The notes beneath the pieces were generated by a model. The model was not told the DNA's origin. It did no database searches and saw nothing but the letters and a program-made list of their open reading frames with translations. Both the position numbers and the translations under genes were made by a program. From Hemiscyllium ocellatum (taxonomy: Eukaryota), in assembly GCF_020745735.1 (NCBI RefSeq), contig NC_083418.1, forward strand, positions 49,617,776 to 49,681,775: a stretch of 64,000 bases of DNA, in the 5' to 3' direction. Below are positions 12,566 to 25,899 of this stretch, one piece after another (position 1 is the stretch's first letter; the number at the start of each line of letters is the position of its first letter).

Positions 12566-12724
12566 TTGAAAATGTGTTGCTGGAAAAGCGTAGTTTTTCC
12601 TGAAGAAGGGCTCATGCCTGAAACGTCAACTCTCCTGCTCCTTGGATGCTGCCTGACCTCCTGCGCTTTTCCAGCAACACATTTTCAGCTCTGATCTTCA
12701 GCATCTGCAGTCCTCACTTTCTCC
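12566..12724 (+). mobile_element. Short Penelope terminal insertion with small inverted 5' arm
   Basis: TSD TGATGGAGGGAG at 12554-12565 and 12725-12736. Ends GCATCTGCAGTCCTCACTTTCTCC. Confidence 0.85.
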
Positions 12725-12901
12725 TGATGGAGGGAGCTTAAGATTAAGCTGAGGGCTAAGCTGCCATTCAGGTGGGCTGCTTTGTGCTGAATGTTGTCCT
12801 GGTGCTTGAGTGTAGTTAGAATCACACTATCCAGGAAATAGGAGATTATTGTGTCCTTCTCCTGACTTTTGCCTTGTTAATGGTGAATCAGGTCAGGGTA
12901 G

Positions 12902-13127
12902 GGGAGAAAGTGAGGTCTGCAGATGCTGGAGATCAGAGCTGAAAATGTGTTGCTGGAAAAGCGCAGCAGGTCAGGCAGCATCCAAGGAACAGGAGATCCG
13001 ACGTTTCGGGCATAAGCCCTTCTTCAGGGCTGATTCCTGAAGAAGGGTTTATGCCCGAAACGTCGAATCTCCTGTTCCTTGGATGCTGCCTGACCTACTG
13101 CGCTTTTCCAGCAACACATTTTCAGCT
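12902..13127. mobile_element. Penelope fold-back insertion (~92-bp arms, 7-nt loop at 13029-13035)
   Basis: TSD CAGGTCAGGGTAG at 12889-12901 and 13128-13140. Arms 12937-13028 and 13036-13128 are reverse complements. Confidence 0.9.
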
Positions 13128-14519
13128 CAGGTCAGGGTAGTCAGGAGAGGAGTTACTCATCACAGAATTGAAAGCCTATGACTAATTCTTGGTTTAGATC
13201 AATTTCTGGTCAAAAGTTACTCCCAGAATCTTGACAGTGATGGATTCAGCTAATGTCCTTAGATGACAAGAGAGAAAAAGATTAGATCCTCCCTTGCTGG
13301 AGACATTAATATTTGACGTTTGTGTAGTGCCAATGTTACATGCCTATAAAGCTGTTGGACTATAACCTGGTGTTGTGTGAATTTTAATTTTGTCCACCCC
13401 AGTCCAACACTGGCACCTCCACATCTTGCCTATTATCAGTCTTGTTGCTTACAAACACAGTCTGTTTCAGTATCGCAGAGTCTTGATTGGGACTGAACAT
13501 TGTGCAATCATCGACAATCATTCTCACTTCTGACCTTATGATGGAGCCAGGTCATTAGTGAAGCAGCTGAAGGTGGTTGGGTGTGGGACACTGCCTTGAC
13601 ATCAGCCTGCAGGGATATCCTAAAGCTGAAACGATTAGCCTCCAAGAAGCAGCCATCCTCCTTTCAGACTCCAACCAGTGGAGATTTGTTCTCCATTTCA
13701 CAATGTAACCACATTTGGCAGACTCTTTGATACCATCCTTGGTGAAATATTGCCATGTTGTCAAGGACAATCACTCTCACATTATCTCTTGAGTTCAGTT
13801 CTTTTCCTCCATGCTTGATGAAAATTTTATTGAGGTCAGGAACTATATGGCCTTTGCAGAAACTGAACATCAATGAGTTGGTTGTTGCCTGAATGACTCA
13901 GATTCCAGTGTGAAAACTAACTTGACAGAACATATGATTTATTTTTCTGTTTTGGGTACTGTGTTGGCCAGGTAGTAAACATAATAACATGAGACTGCTA
14001 ATATGCTTTTGTTTTGTAGACATTTTTATTGAAAAGGAAAAGGTTTCTGGGTTTTTTTAAATAAAATTACAAAACTAATACAAGATAGTTTACAATATAA
14101 TAACAACAACAATATAAATTAAGAAAACTAACTGCTAATCTGCTCCACAGATGACCAAAACACAAAGTAAGATATAAGAAAGAAGACATTATATATATAT
14201 ATAAAAAAAACTACAGTATAGTACTTAACTAACAACAACAACAAAGGTACATGAATAAATAAGCATTCAACATAAAATTATATCAAGTCATGACAAGACA
14301 CCTATTTATACGGGATTCTTCCTCCTAGGGCCCCCCAAACTGACAAACATCATCCTCGGGGCTAATCAAAGGCCCTGGGCAGTATGGCCGATTTATTAAC
14401 GTCGGTGTAGTTCAAGAAGGGCCACCATGTTCTATAAAACAATTCCATTTTTTGGTGCATCATATTCGTAAGCAATTCCAGGGGAATATGTTCCATAAAT
14501 ATCCTATGTCAGTTCGAAA

Positions 14520-17500
14520 GCCTTCAGGGACTTTCCGATATCCAGCTTGCTAAAATGTTTTTCCTCACACAAAAGTAGAGAATAGTAAACAGTTTCTTCC
14601 CATAAACATCTAGAGAAGGAAGATTTGGAAAGCTCAAAAGGAAAGACACCAAGTCCAATCTAATCTTCACTCCTAAAACCTTTGCCAAGGCATTCACTAT
14701 ACTGTCCCAATACCTACAAATCTTATGGCATGTCCACAAACAATGAGTGAGAGTATCAACTTCTAGTTTACATTTAGGGCACACTGGGGACGCTTCAACC
14801 TTAAACCTTGCAAGCCGCTCTGGTGCTATATGAGCCCTATGAATTATCTTCAATTGAATAGTTTGAGTCCTATTACTGTTAGAGATCTTCCTGCAATTTC
14901 CCAGATATCCAACATCTCCAAGGACATTTCCGTCCCCAATTCTTGATTCCAGGTTTTATATAACCATTCCGTGTCCTTTGATACTTTATTACCTAGCGAG
15001 TGATAGAGAGGACTGACAGAGGGTGCGCCCTTCGGCCGAAGCTCTCTCCTTTCCATATCCTTTCCATATCCAATCTCGTACTTGAAAATATCGAAAGAGA
15101 TCCTTGCTAGGCAACCCGACTTCTGTTCGAAGGACATCATGACCTCCTCATTGAACAGATCTCCCAAGCAGGAGATTCCTCTGGGCTCCCAAATCTTAAA
15201 TCCAGCATCTGTCAAACCTGGCTGAAATCCCAATGTTCCCACGATAGGAGTAAAAGGGAAGGTTTTTTGTAAATCACCCTCATCCTGTCGTATCATACTC
15301 CAAGCTTTGATTGTGTTTAGTACAATCGGGTTTTTACAATGATCCATGACAATTCTCATTGTATCCATAAATAATGGATTGATAAGGGGGAATTTTGCTT
15401 GGGAAGCCTCAATATCCAGGCAAATTGATTTTGGATCACAACAAACCCAATCAGCCACATATGATAGCAGGGAACTCAGCAGGTACTTCCTAAAATCTGG
15501 AAAAACTAGACCTCACCTTACTTGTGGAAGCTGCAACTTAACTAATTTAATAAGGGGCCATCTATGACTCCAAATAAAGGAGCTGAGCCAACCATAGAGC
15601 TTAGGTAGCACCTGTCTCAGCAGCAACAAGGGGAGCATTCTCGTTGGGTATAAAAGACGAGGTAGAATTTTCATCTTGATCAAAGCTATTCTTCCTAGCC
15701 AAGATATCAGGAGATCTTTCCAACATTGGAGGTCCTGCCTTATTTTCTCTAATAAATGCGTATAATTAGCTTTATAGAGTTGACCAAATGCCGGGGTAAT
15801 AAAAATGCCTAAGTAGAGAAAACCCCCCAGTGACCACTGAAATGGGAAGCGGGATCCATCCTCAAAGTTGGATATGCTGGTAAGACCTCGTAGCAGCATG
15901 GCCTCTGATTTCATAAAATTAATTTTGTACCCTGAAAACATAACAAATAAATTAACCACTTGAATTAAGCAGGGCACAGATGTCAATAGATTATTTAAGG
16001 GAAAATGGACGTCATCCGCATAAAGAGTAATTTTGTACTTGCCTGATCCTACCTCCGGGGCCGTTTTATTGGGGTCAGTTTGGATTGCTTCCACCAGCGG
16101 TTCCATCACTAGTGTAAATAGTAGTGGTGAGAGAGGGCACCCTTGACGACAACCCCTGCCAACACTGAAACTATCCGATCTTATGCCGTTGGTAATCACC
16201 GCTGCCTTTGGGTCGTTATATAACACTGCGACCTATTTGGTAAAAACCTCTCCAGTGCCAAACCGCTCCAAAGTGTAAAAAAGGTATGGCCATTCCAAGG
16301 TCAAATGTCTTCTCTGCATCGAGGGAGATGACTAATCTCGGTGTAGCTCTTTGCTGGCAGACTTGTACCATATTTAACACTCTTCTGGTATTATTAATAG
16401 ATCTGCGACCCTTAATAAACCCCGTCTGATCCTGTTTTATTATAAATTGTAAAACCCTCTCCAGTCACTATGACAACATTTTTGAGAGGATTTTAAAGTC
16501 CACATTCAGTAAGGATATAAGCCCGTACAAAGTACAGACATCTGGGGTTTTTCCTTTCTTGAGAATGGGAGAGATATTTGCTTCTCTCAGAGAGGGCGGG
16601 AGACTACACTGACTATATGAGTAGTCAAGTGGTCCAGCCAACTCATCTGTAAACTCTTTATAGAACACAACCTGAAAATCCATCTGGCCCAGGCACTTTA
16701 CCGCTCTGGAGCTGCCTCACTGCCTCCTGCACTTCCTGAGTTGTAAGGGGGGGCATTCAAAAGAGACACCTCCTCTGAGGTTATGCCCAGAAGGACCAGA
16801 CTCTTAAAAAAAGATTCAATCTTCCTCACTCTATCCTCATAGCCCTCCAACTGATACAGCTCAAAATAGAACTTGCTAAAAGCTGCATTGGTCTTTTTAG
16901 AATCACAAATAAGGGTACCAGCACCCTCTCTCTAATAGATGTAATGGATTGGAGCCGTTTTCTTTCTGGCAAGGTATGCTGGATACCTGCCCGGCTTATC
17001 GCCATGCTCAAACAATCTCTGCTTCACAAATAGTATCTCCCTCTTTGTTGTTTGAGTAAGTGCGGCATCCAAAGTAGCCCTGAGGGCTGTAATCCACTGT
17101 AATTTAGTAACAGACGGCCTATCAACATACAACAGGCAAGCCACAAGCTTGTTGGTCTCCCCTCTGTCGTTTCCAGGACACAGAATATGAGATAATCAAG
17201 CCACGTGCTTATGCCTTATGAGTTCACCATATCACCGATGGGTCACTGGCTGTACCTGAGTTAATGTCCCAGAAAACGTTAAATTCCTGCGAGAAGTATT
17301 TTATAAATTTACTATCCTTCAATAGCAAAGGGTCCATATGCCAATGTCGGGAGCCCATCTTGTTACCACTAGTTTTGACCTCCATATACACTGCTACATG
17401 GTCGGAAATAGCTATCTTCCCTATTTTACAGGACAATATCCAATTCAGAAAGGCCGCAGGGACAAAAAGCATATTGATTCTGATATGGGCACTTGAGCGG

Positions 17501-18079
17501 GTTAGAATAAAAAGTAAAATCTCCACCCTCAGGGTGAAGACATCTCCACACATCTACCAGCCCCAACTCCCTATTCAGATCAGTCAACTGCCTAGTACTC
17601 AGAGCTCCGAGGTATCCTGTCCACCTTGGAATCGATAATATAATTAAAATCTCCCCCTCTAATTATGTGACGCACCCCAAGAGCTATAAACCTGGAGAGC
17701 ACATCAGTTATGAATTTCAAAGGATGTGCCAGGAGGCAATATACATTCAAAACCCCATACTCCTCACCATATACTAGAGTTTTAAGTATTATAAACCATC
17801 CGGACTCATGTTTTAGCTGGCTTAACATTTGGAACGCAAGATTCTCCCGGATAAGAATGGCCACTCCCCTACTTTTCAAATTGAAAGACGGAATAAACAC
17901 CTGACCAAATCCTCCTTGCTGCAGCTTCGAATGCTCCTTATCAATTAAATGTGTCTCCTGTAAAAGGGCTGCATCAACCCTCTCTCTTTTTTAACTCTTG
18001 ATAGTATATTTTTCCTTTGAATTGGTGAGTGGCTCCCTTTAACATTCCAGGTGCACCATTTAAACGAACAACTAGCCAT
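14520..18079 (-). pseudogene. L1 ORF2 (endonuclease / reverse transcriptase) remnant
   Basis: ORF pieces 17592..17900 (SRGVAILIR..GGDFN), 15513..16226 (QGCPLSP, YADD) and 14524..14853 (CPKC..TLTHCLWTC Cys-rich domain). Confidence 0.9.
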
Positions 18080-18699
18080 GATCATTCAAGAAAGTCTGAG
18101 ACCCCCCCAAGAGGAAGAAGCCTGCTCAAAAAGCATTAAGTAGAGACTGTAAACAATTCACATAAATTTAAAAATACAACCTTTGAAACAACTAAATCAA
18201 AACTACTAAGAACTATTCCTAAGAAATAACAGGATATAACTAAAAGGAGACTTTCCCCCTTGTCCACAGGGAGCACTCCTACCATCCAATAATCCCACCA
18301 CGACGCTTTCCAGCTAGATCCGTGCCCCAGGTCCAGACATCACAAAGTAAGCTAAACAAATACCAATGTCTTATGACACAGAAATTAAAACGTGCAACCA
18401 ACCCGCCCCCTCCATATTATTACCCTGGGCATTCTTGACAAAGCAGAAACATGAAATAAGATATATAAAATTATATAAAATTACAATCCCAGCAAATATT
18501 AAAGGAAAACTCAAAAACATTCCGCAATAACTAGATAAACCAAGCAAGTTCTAAATAAGAGTTAAAGGAAACCACCCCCCACCCCGCCCCCAGGAAAGAT
18601 GTAAAAGAGAAAGGGGGAAGGAGGAGGAAAAATGGGGTAAAATTAAATAATTGTCCATATAGTTCAAGTCCTCCATACTATTTGAGAGCATCCAAAAAT

Positions 18700-19410
18700 T
18701 CTTTTGCTTATTCCTGCAATCCGAAGTTATACACAGACCCTCTGTGACTGAAGCACAGCGTTGCTGGGTATCGTATGGAATATTGAATTTTTATATCCCC
18801 CAGATGCTTCTTTACCTCGTCAAATGCCTTCCTCTTGTATACCACAACTGGAGACAAGTCTTGGAATAGCATTATTTTCGATCCTTTATCTATCATCCCC
18901 AAAGCTCTGGAGGCCTCCAGCAACATTTGCTTTTCCCTGTAGTGCTGGAGTTGCACTCGGACCGGGCAGAGACACACCCAGCCGCACCCAGCCCAACCCA
19001 GACTCCAGCATCAGCAGTTGTGGGAGCTATTGCTCCAAAAAATCCACAAGCTGGGCATCTTCCTCCTGTTCGGGAAGGCCGAGCAACTGAATATCCTCCT
19101 GATGACTTCAATTTTCGAGGTCATCAATCTGCTCTTCTAAGCCCTGGATTTGAGGTTCCAGAGCCTGGACCTGACCCACAGAAGATTCAGCAGTGGTCTT
19201 GGAGGCCGCAGCTTGTTGCTCCGCCCCTCCAACACACTGCCCGAGTTTCTCAATCTCTCGATCATGCTTCAATCTTCTCTTGGAACTTGACAAACTCCAA
19301 GATCAGGCCTGTCTCTGCAGGTAAGTCCCCCAGAGCAGCACGGATACATCTGTTGCTGGGGAGGGGGTCCCTGCCTGTTGCAAACTCTGTGATCCTTTTC
19401 CTTTAGTCAT
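18700..19410 (-). pseudogene. L1 ORF1 (RNA-binding) remnant
   Basis: ORF pieces 19108..19293 (coiled coil ...IQGLEEQIDDLEN) and 18708..18977 (LQHYREKQMLLEASR...KIMLFQDLSP). Confidence 0.85.
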
Positions 19411-20037
19411 TTTAGAATGTAACAAACTGCTAAAGTTTGGTGCAAAATGGCTATAGCAGCTGGGTAAAAGCTATTTTTAGTAGTTTAAAAATGGAGGAAG
19501 TTGGTACCCCACTTTGTCTGGGGCCTGGGCAGAGCTCAGCAGACTCAGACCTAATGGGTCGCTGTCATTTTGAATCCACTAATGCACTTTTAACAAAAGA
19601 GCAGAAGTTAATTATAACTGAAAGGAAAATAAAACCAAGTTTTTAATTTTTTTTAAAAGATTCTGTCAAAAAATAGCTGAAAGAAATATGCAACCCTTTT
19701 CCGAGCAATATCCTTCACAGACACCGACTCAGGGAAGTATCACTCCTACAATCCCTTTAAAACTTAAAAACTAACCTGACAAAGATGCAAATAAAGCCTT
19801 TAGGTGTCTCTGTGCTTATTCACTGAATGTCATTCTCTCCATTCTTCTCCAAGACACAGGGACAGGTTAACTGACCGACTTTGCTGTGACCTCACTACTT
19901 GTCGCTGCAAAATTGCTCAAGATTTAATTCCCGCTCAGATGGCCTGAATGTATTCATTGACAAAAAAAACTGTTCTTCTGGAATGGATCTTTTCTTATGG
20001 TCGCAATCTGCTCAATCTTCAGTCTCCACTGAATGCT

Positions 20038-20332
20038 TTAGATTACTTACAGTGTGGAAACAAGCCCTTCGGCCCAACAAGTCCACACCGACCCACTGAA
20101 GAGCAACCCACCCAGACCCATTTCCCTACATTTACCCATTCACCTAACACTATGGGCAATTTAGCATGGCCAATTCACCTAACCTACACATCTTTGAATT
20201 GTGGGAGGAAACCCACACAGACACACAGAGAATGTGCAAATTCCACACAGACGGTTGCCCGAAGTGGGAATTGAACCCAGGTCTCTGACACTGTGAGGCA
20301 GCAGTGCTAACCACTGTGCCACTGTGCCACCC
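20038..20332 (-). mobile_element. HE1-type SINE (duplicate of 432-726)
   Basis: Within duplication copy B; one substitution seen relative to copy A. Confidence 0.9.
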
Positions 20333-20476
20333 ACTTTCCCTTACTGTATCCTCCCTTCCCATTTGAAGTAATTTTGCTTCTAATCAGTAGGCTCCTCCAC
20401 AGCCTCTGTCATTTTTCTGTCTGTTCTGTAAGCTTATAACCCAGAATATTTTGTTCCCATCCTGACCATCACACAG

Positions 20477-21213
20477 GAGGAGAAAGTGAGGTCTGCAGAT
20501 GCTGGAGATCAGAGCTGAAAATGTGTTGCTGGAAAAGCGCAGCAGGTCAGGCAGCATCCAAGGAACAAGAAATTCGATGTTTCGGGCATAAGCCCTTCTT
20601 CAGGAATGAGAAAAGTGTGTCCACCAGGCTAAGATAAAAGGTAGGGAGGAGGGACTTGGTGGAGGGCGATGGAGATGTGATAGGTGGAAGGAGGTCAAGG
20701 TGAGGGTGATAGGCCGGAGTGGGGTGGGGGGGTGAAGAGGTCAGGAAGAAGATTGCAGGTTAGGAAGGCGGTGCTGAGTTCGAGGGATTCAACTGAGACA
20801 AGGTGGGGGAGGGGAAATGAGGAAACTGGAGAAATCTGAGTTCATCCCTTGTGGTTGGAGGGTTCCCAGGTGGAAGGTGAGGCCTCATCTTCCGCTTGGG
20901 AACCCTCCAACCACAAGGGATGAACTTAGATTTCTCCAGTTTCCTCATTTCCCCTCCCCCACCTTGTCTCAGTTGAATCCCTCGAACTCAGCACCGCCTT
21001 CCTAACCTGCAATCTTCTTCCTGACCTCTTCGCCCCACCACCCCACTCCGGCCTATCACCCTCACCTTGACCTCCTTCCACCTATCACATCTCCATCGCC
21101 CTCCACCAAGTCCCTCCTCCCTACCTTTTATCTTAGCCTGCTGGACACACTTTCCTCATTCCTGAAGAAGGGCTTATGCCCGAAACATCGAATTTCTTGT
21201 TCCTTGGATGCTG
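20477..21213. mobile_element. Penelope fold-back palindrome (duplicate of 871-1607), centre 20882/20883
   Basis: Mirror ORFs 20760..20948- and 20817..21005+; same TSD. Confidence 0.9.
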
Positions 21214-22682
21214 CCTGACCATCACACAGCCATGTCTCAGTCATGACCATTACATCATAACTACAGTTTGTATCTGTGCCTGCAGCTTGTTTAACTTATT
21301 CCTTATTCTCAGTGTATTCAGATAATAAACTCTGATTTGGACCAAACCCTATAGCCTGTCCCTCAGCACTGATGCTTAAGTCACCTATTTATTATTTCAG
21401 TCTAATGCAATTTAATGAGGAAACATCTTATAATATTGCCATTCGCTCTCATGCCTGAATTAGGATTCCTGACAGTTTCTTGGCTCTCTGTCATGTTCCT
21501 TGAATTAGAAACAGTAATAACTTCTTCCAAGCACACTGAATATTTTGAAATACCCATGACTACCCTATTTAGCCTTTCAGATAAGGCATTGATCCCAGGT
21601 TGGTTCAGGTACAGTCCATTCCAGTATTACAGGTCTTTTCTGTCCCAATACTGGGGTTAGTGCCCCATGAAATGAAATCCTTCTTTCCTCTGTCACTCCT
21701 TTAACCATGTGTTTACTTCCATCATTTTCTTATGTCTACGTCAATTCGGACATGGCATGGTTAATAATCCAGAAATTGTAACACTTGAGGTTCAGTTTTT
21801 TTAATTTGCTCTGAATACCTGATATTCCCCAAACAGGAACCAGTGCCTGTGTTGGTCTCAACATGGACTACAACAACTGGATCCTCCTTGTCTCGTTCCA
21901 ATATCCTTTCAAGCTGCTTTAAGATGTCTCTCACCTTGGCACCAGGCAGGCAACACACCAAGCGCAACTTTGCATCTTGCTGACAATGGATGCTATGTGT
22001 ATCCCTTACTATACAGCACACTACTATTATCACTTCTTCTTGCTCCCCCTACTTGAGTAGCTTCTTGTACCATGGTGCAGTGGTCAGTTTGTCCATCAGT
22101 TGGACCCTCTAGCAGCAGGTGATGGAGAGCACTGACCAACGGAACTGAGCACTTTGTTGTGAAATGCTCCACCAGCAGGTCATGACAGTGAGGGACGTGA
22201 GGTGGAGCAGTTAAATGGAGTCTCACTGGGGAAAAAAAGACAAGGGGTCTTTGGTAAAAGTAGGAGAAGAGAGGCAAAAGCTCTCCTCAGCTCAAAATTA
22301 TTCCACAGACATCCTTCCATGTAAATGCCATATATAGTTTCTTGCATATCCTTAATTATTTTCATGTTTGTAATTAACTGACACCTGTGGAATAAAGAAC
22401 TCTGCTTCACCACCTTTCGGTCATCAGTAAATTCAAATTTCATATTACTTATGGTCATCTGCCTTACTAATGTCATGTATTAATTGGTGTCAAATGATGA
22501 TTACCATTTCCCCTTGTAAAGTACCTTGGCTCATTTTACTGCTTTAAAGTGGTGTATTAATGGAAGTTGTTGCATTTTCTTCACAAGTGGTATTTCATTA
22601 GCTAACAGCACGATTACTGGTCCTCCTTCTCCAGTCTGAGGTTTACACTGTTGACACTGTTATTTACTTTGCATGAATATAG

Positions 22683-22811
22683 AAACAGAGGAAATCCACA
22701 CAGACAAAGACAGCCATGAGGACAGGACAATGCAGGTCACTGATCGCAGAACCCAAGATCAGTTGCAAGATGAACATAACCAGGAAGCTGAAGATGGAAT
22801 TAATCAAGAAG
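22683..22811 (+). CDS. Internal coding exon R4 (129 nt, phase 1-1; recent copy of R1)
   Basis: tag|AA ACA GAG...GAA G|gtaata. (E)TEEIHTDKDSHEDRTMQVTDRRTQDQLQDEHNQEAEDGINQE. Confidence 0.72.
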
Positions 22812-23136
22812 GTAATAACCTCAGGATAGTTTTTTTAAAAATTGTCATATAATTTTGAGATACAGGAAAGGAGTACAGTAACATGACTCTATTTAAAACT
22901 GTAAGGGGAAGGTAGAAAATAGTCTGGGAGAGATACTTGAACTGAAAATTATTTTAAATTTATATAGCGAATGTCTCTCAGATCTACTTGTGTGCAGTAT
23001 TTAAGATGTTCGAGATTTTCAACTTTCCAAGAATATCTTTGATGAATGCAACTTGAAATTCAATGGCGTTTTATTGTTTGCATTTCCAACAGTTCATTCC
23101 AAGTCTCCCCCAAATTACTTGCCTAGCACACCGACA

Positions 23137-25665
23137 CTCATAGAGTTACGGAGCTGTGTAGCATGGAAACAGTTTGTTTGGTCCAATTCACCCATCCTCA
23201 CCAGATTTCCTGAATTATTCTCATCCCATTTGCCAGCACTTGGCCCATGTCCCTCCTAACCCTTCCTATTCGTATACCCGTCCAGATGCCTTTTAAATGG
23301 TTGTAATTGTACCAGCTTCCACCACCTCCTCTACCAGCTCATTCCATACACTTACCACTCTCTGCGTGAACAAGTTGACTCTTAGGTCCTTTTTAAATCA
23401 TTTCACCTTAATCTGATGCCCTCAAGTTTAGGATCCCTCCAACCCAGGAAAAAAGATCTTGGCTTTGCACTCTATCCATGCCACTCATGAGTTTATAAAC
23501 CTTTAGAAGGTTACCTCTCACCCTCCGACACTCCAGGGAAAATAGCCCCAGCCTCTACACCCTTTCCCTTTTGCTAAAAAGCCTCCAACCCCAACAACAT
23601 CCTTATAAATCTTTTCTTAACCCTTACAAGTTTCACAAAATACTTCCCATACAAGAGGTAGATCAGATTTGAATGCAATATCCCAAAGGTGATCTCAAAA
23701 ATACAGCTAAAGCATGACCTCCCAACTCCTGTACTATGTACTGACCATAAAGGCAAGCATACCAAATGCCTTCTTCACTATCCTGTCTTGTATGATTCCA
23801 CTTTCAGGGAACTATGAATCTGTGATTCCAAGGTCTGTTTGTTCAGCAATGCTCCTCAGGACCTTGCCATTAAGTGTAGAGGTCCTGCCCTGATTTGCCT
23901 TATCAAAATGTAGCATTGCGCATTTGTCTGAATTACATTCCATCTGCCACTCCTTGGCCCATTGGCCTATCTGATCAATGTTCTATTGTACTATGACGTA
24001 ACCTTCTTCGCTGTCCACTACACCTTCAATTTTGGTGTCATCTGCAAACTTACTAACCATACTCCCTGTGTTCAGATGCAAATAATTTTAAAAATAACGA
24101 AAAGTAGCGGACCCAGCATTAACTCTTGTGGTACACCGCTGATCACATGCCTACAGTCTGAAACGCAACCCTCCACCACCACTTTCTATCTTCAGTTGTC
24201 AAGCCAGTTCTGTATCCAAATGGCTAGTTCTCCCTGTATTCCATGTCATCTAATTCTGCTAATCATTCTACCATGATGAACCTTGTCCATCACCTAATTG
24301 AAATCCATATAGATCACGTGCACCACTGTCATCAATCCTCTTTGTTACTTCTTCAGAAAATTGCATCAAATTAGGGAGATATGATTTTCCATGCACAAAG
24401 CCATGTTGACTATCCCTAATCAATCTTTGCCTTTCCAAATACATGTAAATCCTGTCCCTCAGGTTTCCCTCCAACACCTTGCCCACCACCAATGTCAGGC
24501 TCAATGCCAATAGCTCCATGGCTTCTCCTGACCACCTTTCTTAAATAGTGGCACCAGGTTTGCCAACCTCCTGTCTTCCGTCACCTCACTTGTGACTATC
24601 GATGATACAAATATCTCAGCAAGGGACCCTGCAATCACTTACATAGCTTCCCACAGAATTCTCGGGTACACCTGACCAGGTTTGGGGATTTATTCACCTT
24701 TGTGCGTTTTAAGATGTCTAGCACCACCTCCTCTGTATTATGGACATTTTTCAAGAATTTTCAATATTTATAGCCCCATTTTCTCTTTCATATCCTTCTC
24801 CACAGTAAAAGACTCATTTAGTATCTCCCTCATCTCTTGCAGTTCCAGACATAGCTGGCCTTGCTGATTTTTCAGGGGCCATGTTGTCTCCCTAGTTACT
24901 CTTTCATATTTTATGGAATCCCTTTGGATTCTCCTTAACCCGATTTGCCAAAGCTGTCTCATGTCCCCGCTTTCCCCTCCGCATTTCCTCTCATAAGTTT
25001 TCTCTCCTGCCTTTATAATCTTTAAGAGGTTTAGTAGATCTCTGCTGACTATGCTTGACACATGCTTCCTTCTTATTCTTGACCAAGACCTCAATTTCTC
25101 TCATCATCCAATATTCCCTACCCCTACTGGTCTTGCCTTTCACCCGAACAGGAACAGGACTCTCCTACACTACCTATCTTCCTCTCCTACCTTGCTTGGA
25201 GGAAACCCATCCACCTGACTGTATCTTCGGTTTTTCTCTCATCCTCCAGTGGTCATCATTTCAACCTCCAGCTCCGATAAATTCCTTACTGCCTCAAACT
25301 GCCGCACCAACCAATCCATGCAATGAAATAGGACTTGCGACCATGCACACTAACTGCAGACATACTCATCAGTAACATGGAACCTCTCCCTAATCTCCCA
25401 CATCCAACAGGAAGGGCACATCACTCCACTGAAGGCCATTTGTGCACCTCAACAATCCTCAGACCCAGAAAAATAGCTGAGTCATACTGCTCTAAAAAAA
25501 CACTGCTCCAGGATAACCTCTTACCTATTTTCATTATTTTAAAACTTTAATAACATAAAATCAAAACAGAACTCACTCTACTCAGTAATGTAGATTTACA
25601 TAAACAAACAGTAAGGTTACACTTTCAAGAGCCACTTAGCTGCTTCCCTGCTGTGAGCTCCCCCA
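23137..25665 (-). mobile_element. CR1 LINE (duplicate of 3523-6050)
   Basis: Within copy B; same motifs. Confidence 0.9.
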
Positions 25666-25899
25666 CATAGGTCTATACCAAATGGGGTTTAGCTTTCCAA
25701 TCTAATTCCCCACCCACTCCCAGCACTGACACTTTAGATCCTTTTAAGCAGATTAGCTACAACTGCTTGATTCCAAATGGCCTGAGCTCCATAAGCACTT
25801 TGTGAATGATATTATTGACATCATGGTTTTGATGGAATCCCGACTGAGGATGACAGCTTCCCGTTAATGAAGCCTCTCAAACTGTCGATGTTCTCCACT

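Larger units (their letters stand above)
12480..13920 (-). mobile_element. Old CR1-superfamily LINE RT fragment, interrupted by Penelope inserts
   Basis: Minus strand near 13500-13620 resembles PQGSVLGPTIFSCFINDL..IRSEVGMFADDCTMFS. Host sequence resumes across the 12566-12724 and 12902-13127 inserts. Confidence 0.6.
14010..19580 (-). mobile_element. Full-length but inactivated L1-clade LINE (~5.6 kb)
   Basis: Short 5' UTR; ORF1 from ATG 19410 (coiled coil, RRM, ...KIMLFQDLSP..KRKAF..RYPATL); ORF2 from ATG 18079 (WNVKG, LQETH endonuclease; RQGCPLSPLLF and LYADD RT motifs); AATAAA near 14020. Both ORFs are broken by many stops and frameshifts. Confidence 0.93.

Noticed and set aside
13995-14012. 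TSD for the full-length L1 (CTAATATGCTTTT versus CTAATGCACTTTT near 19579)
   Set aside because: Similarity is too imperfect and AT-rich to call.
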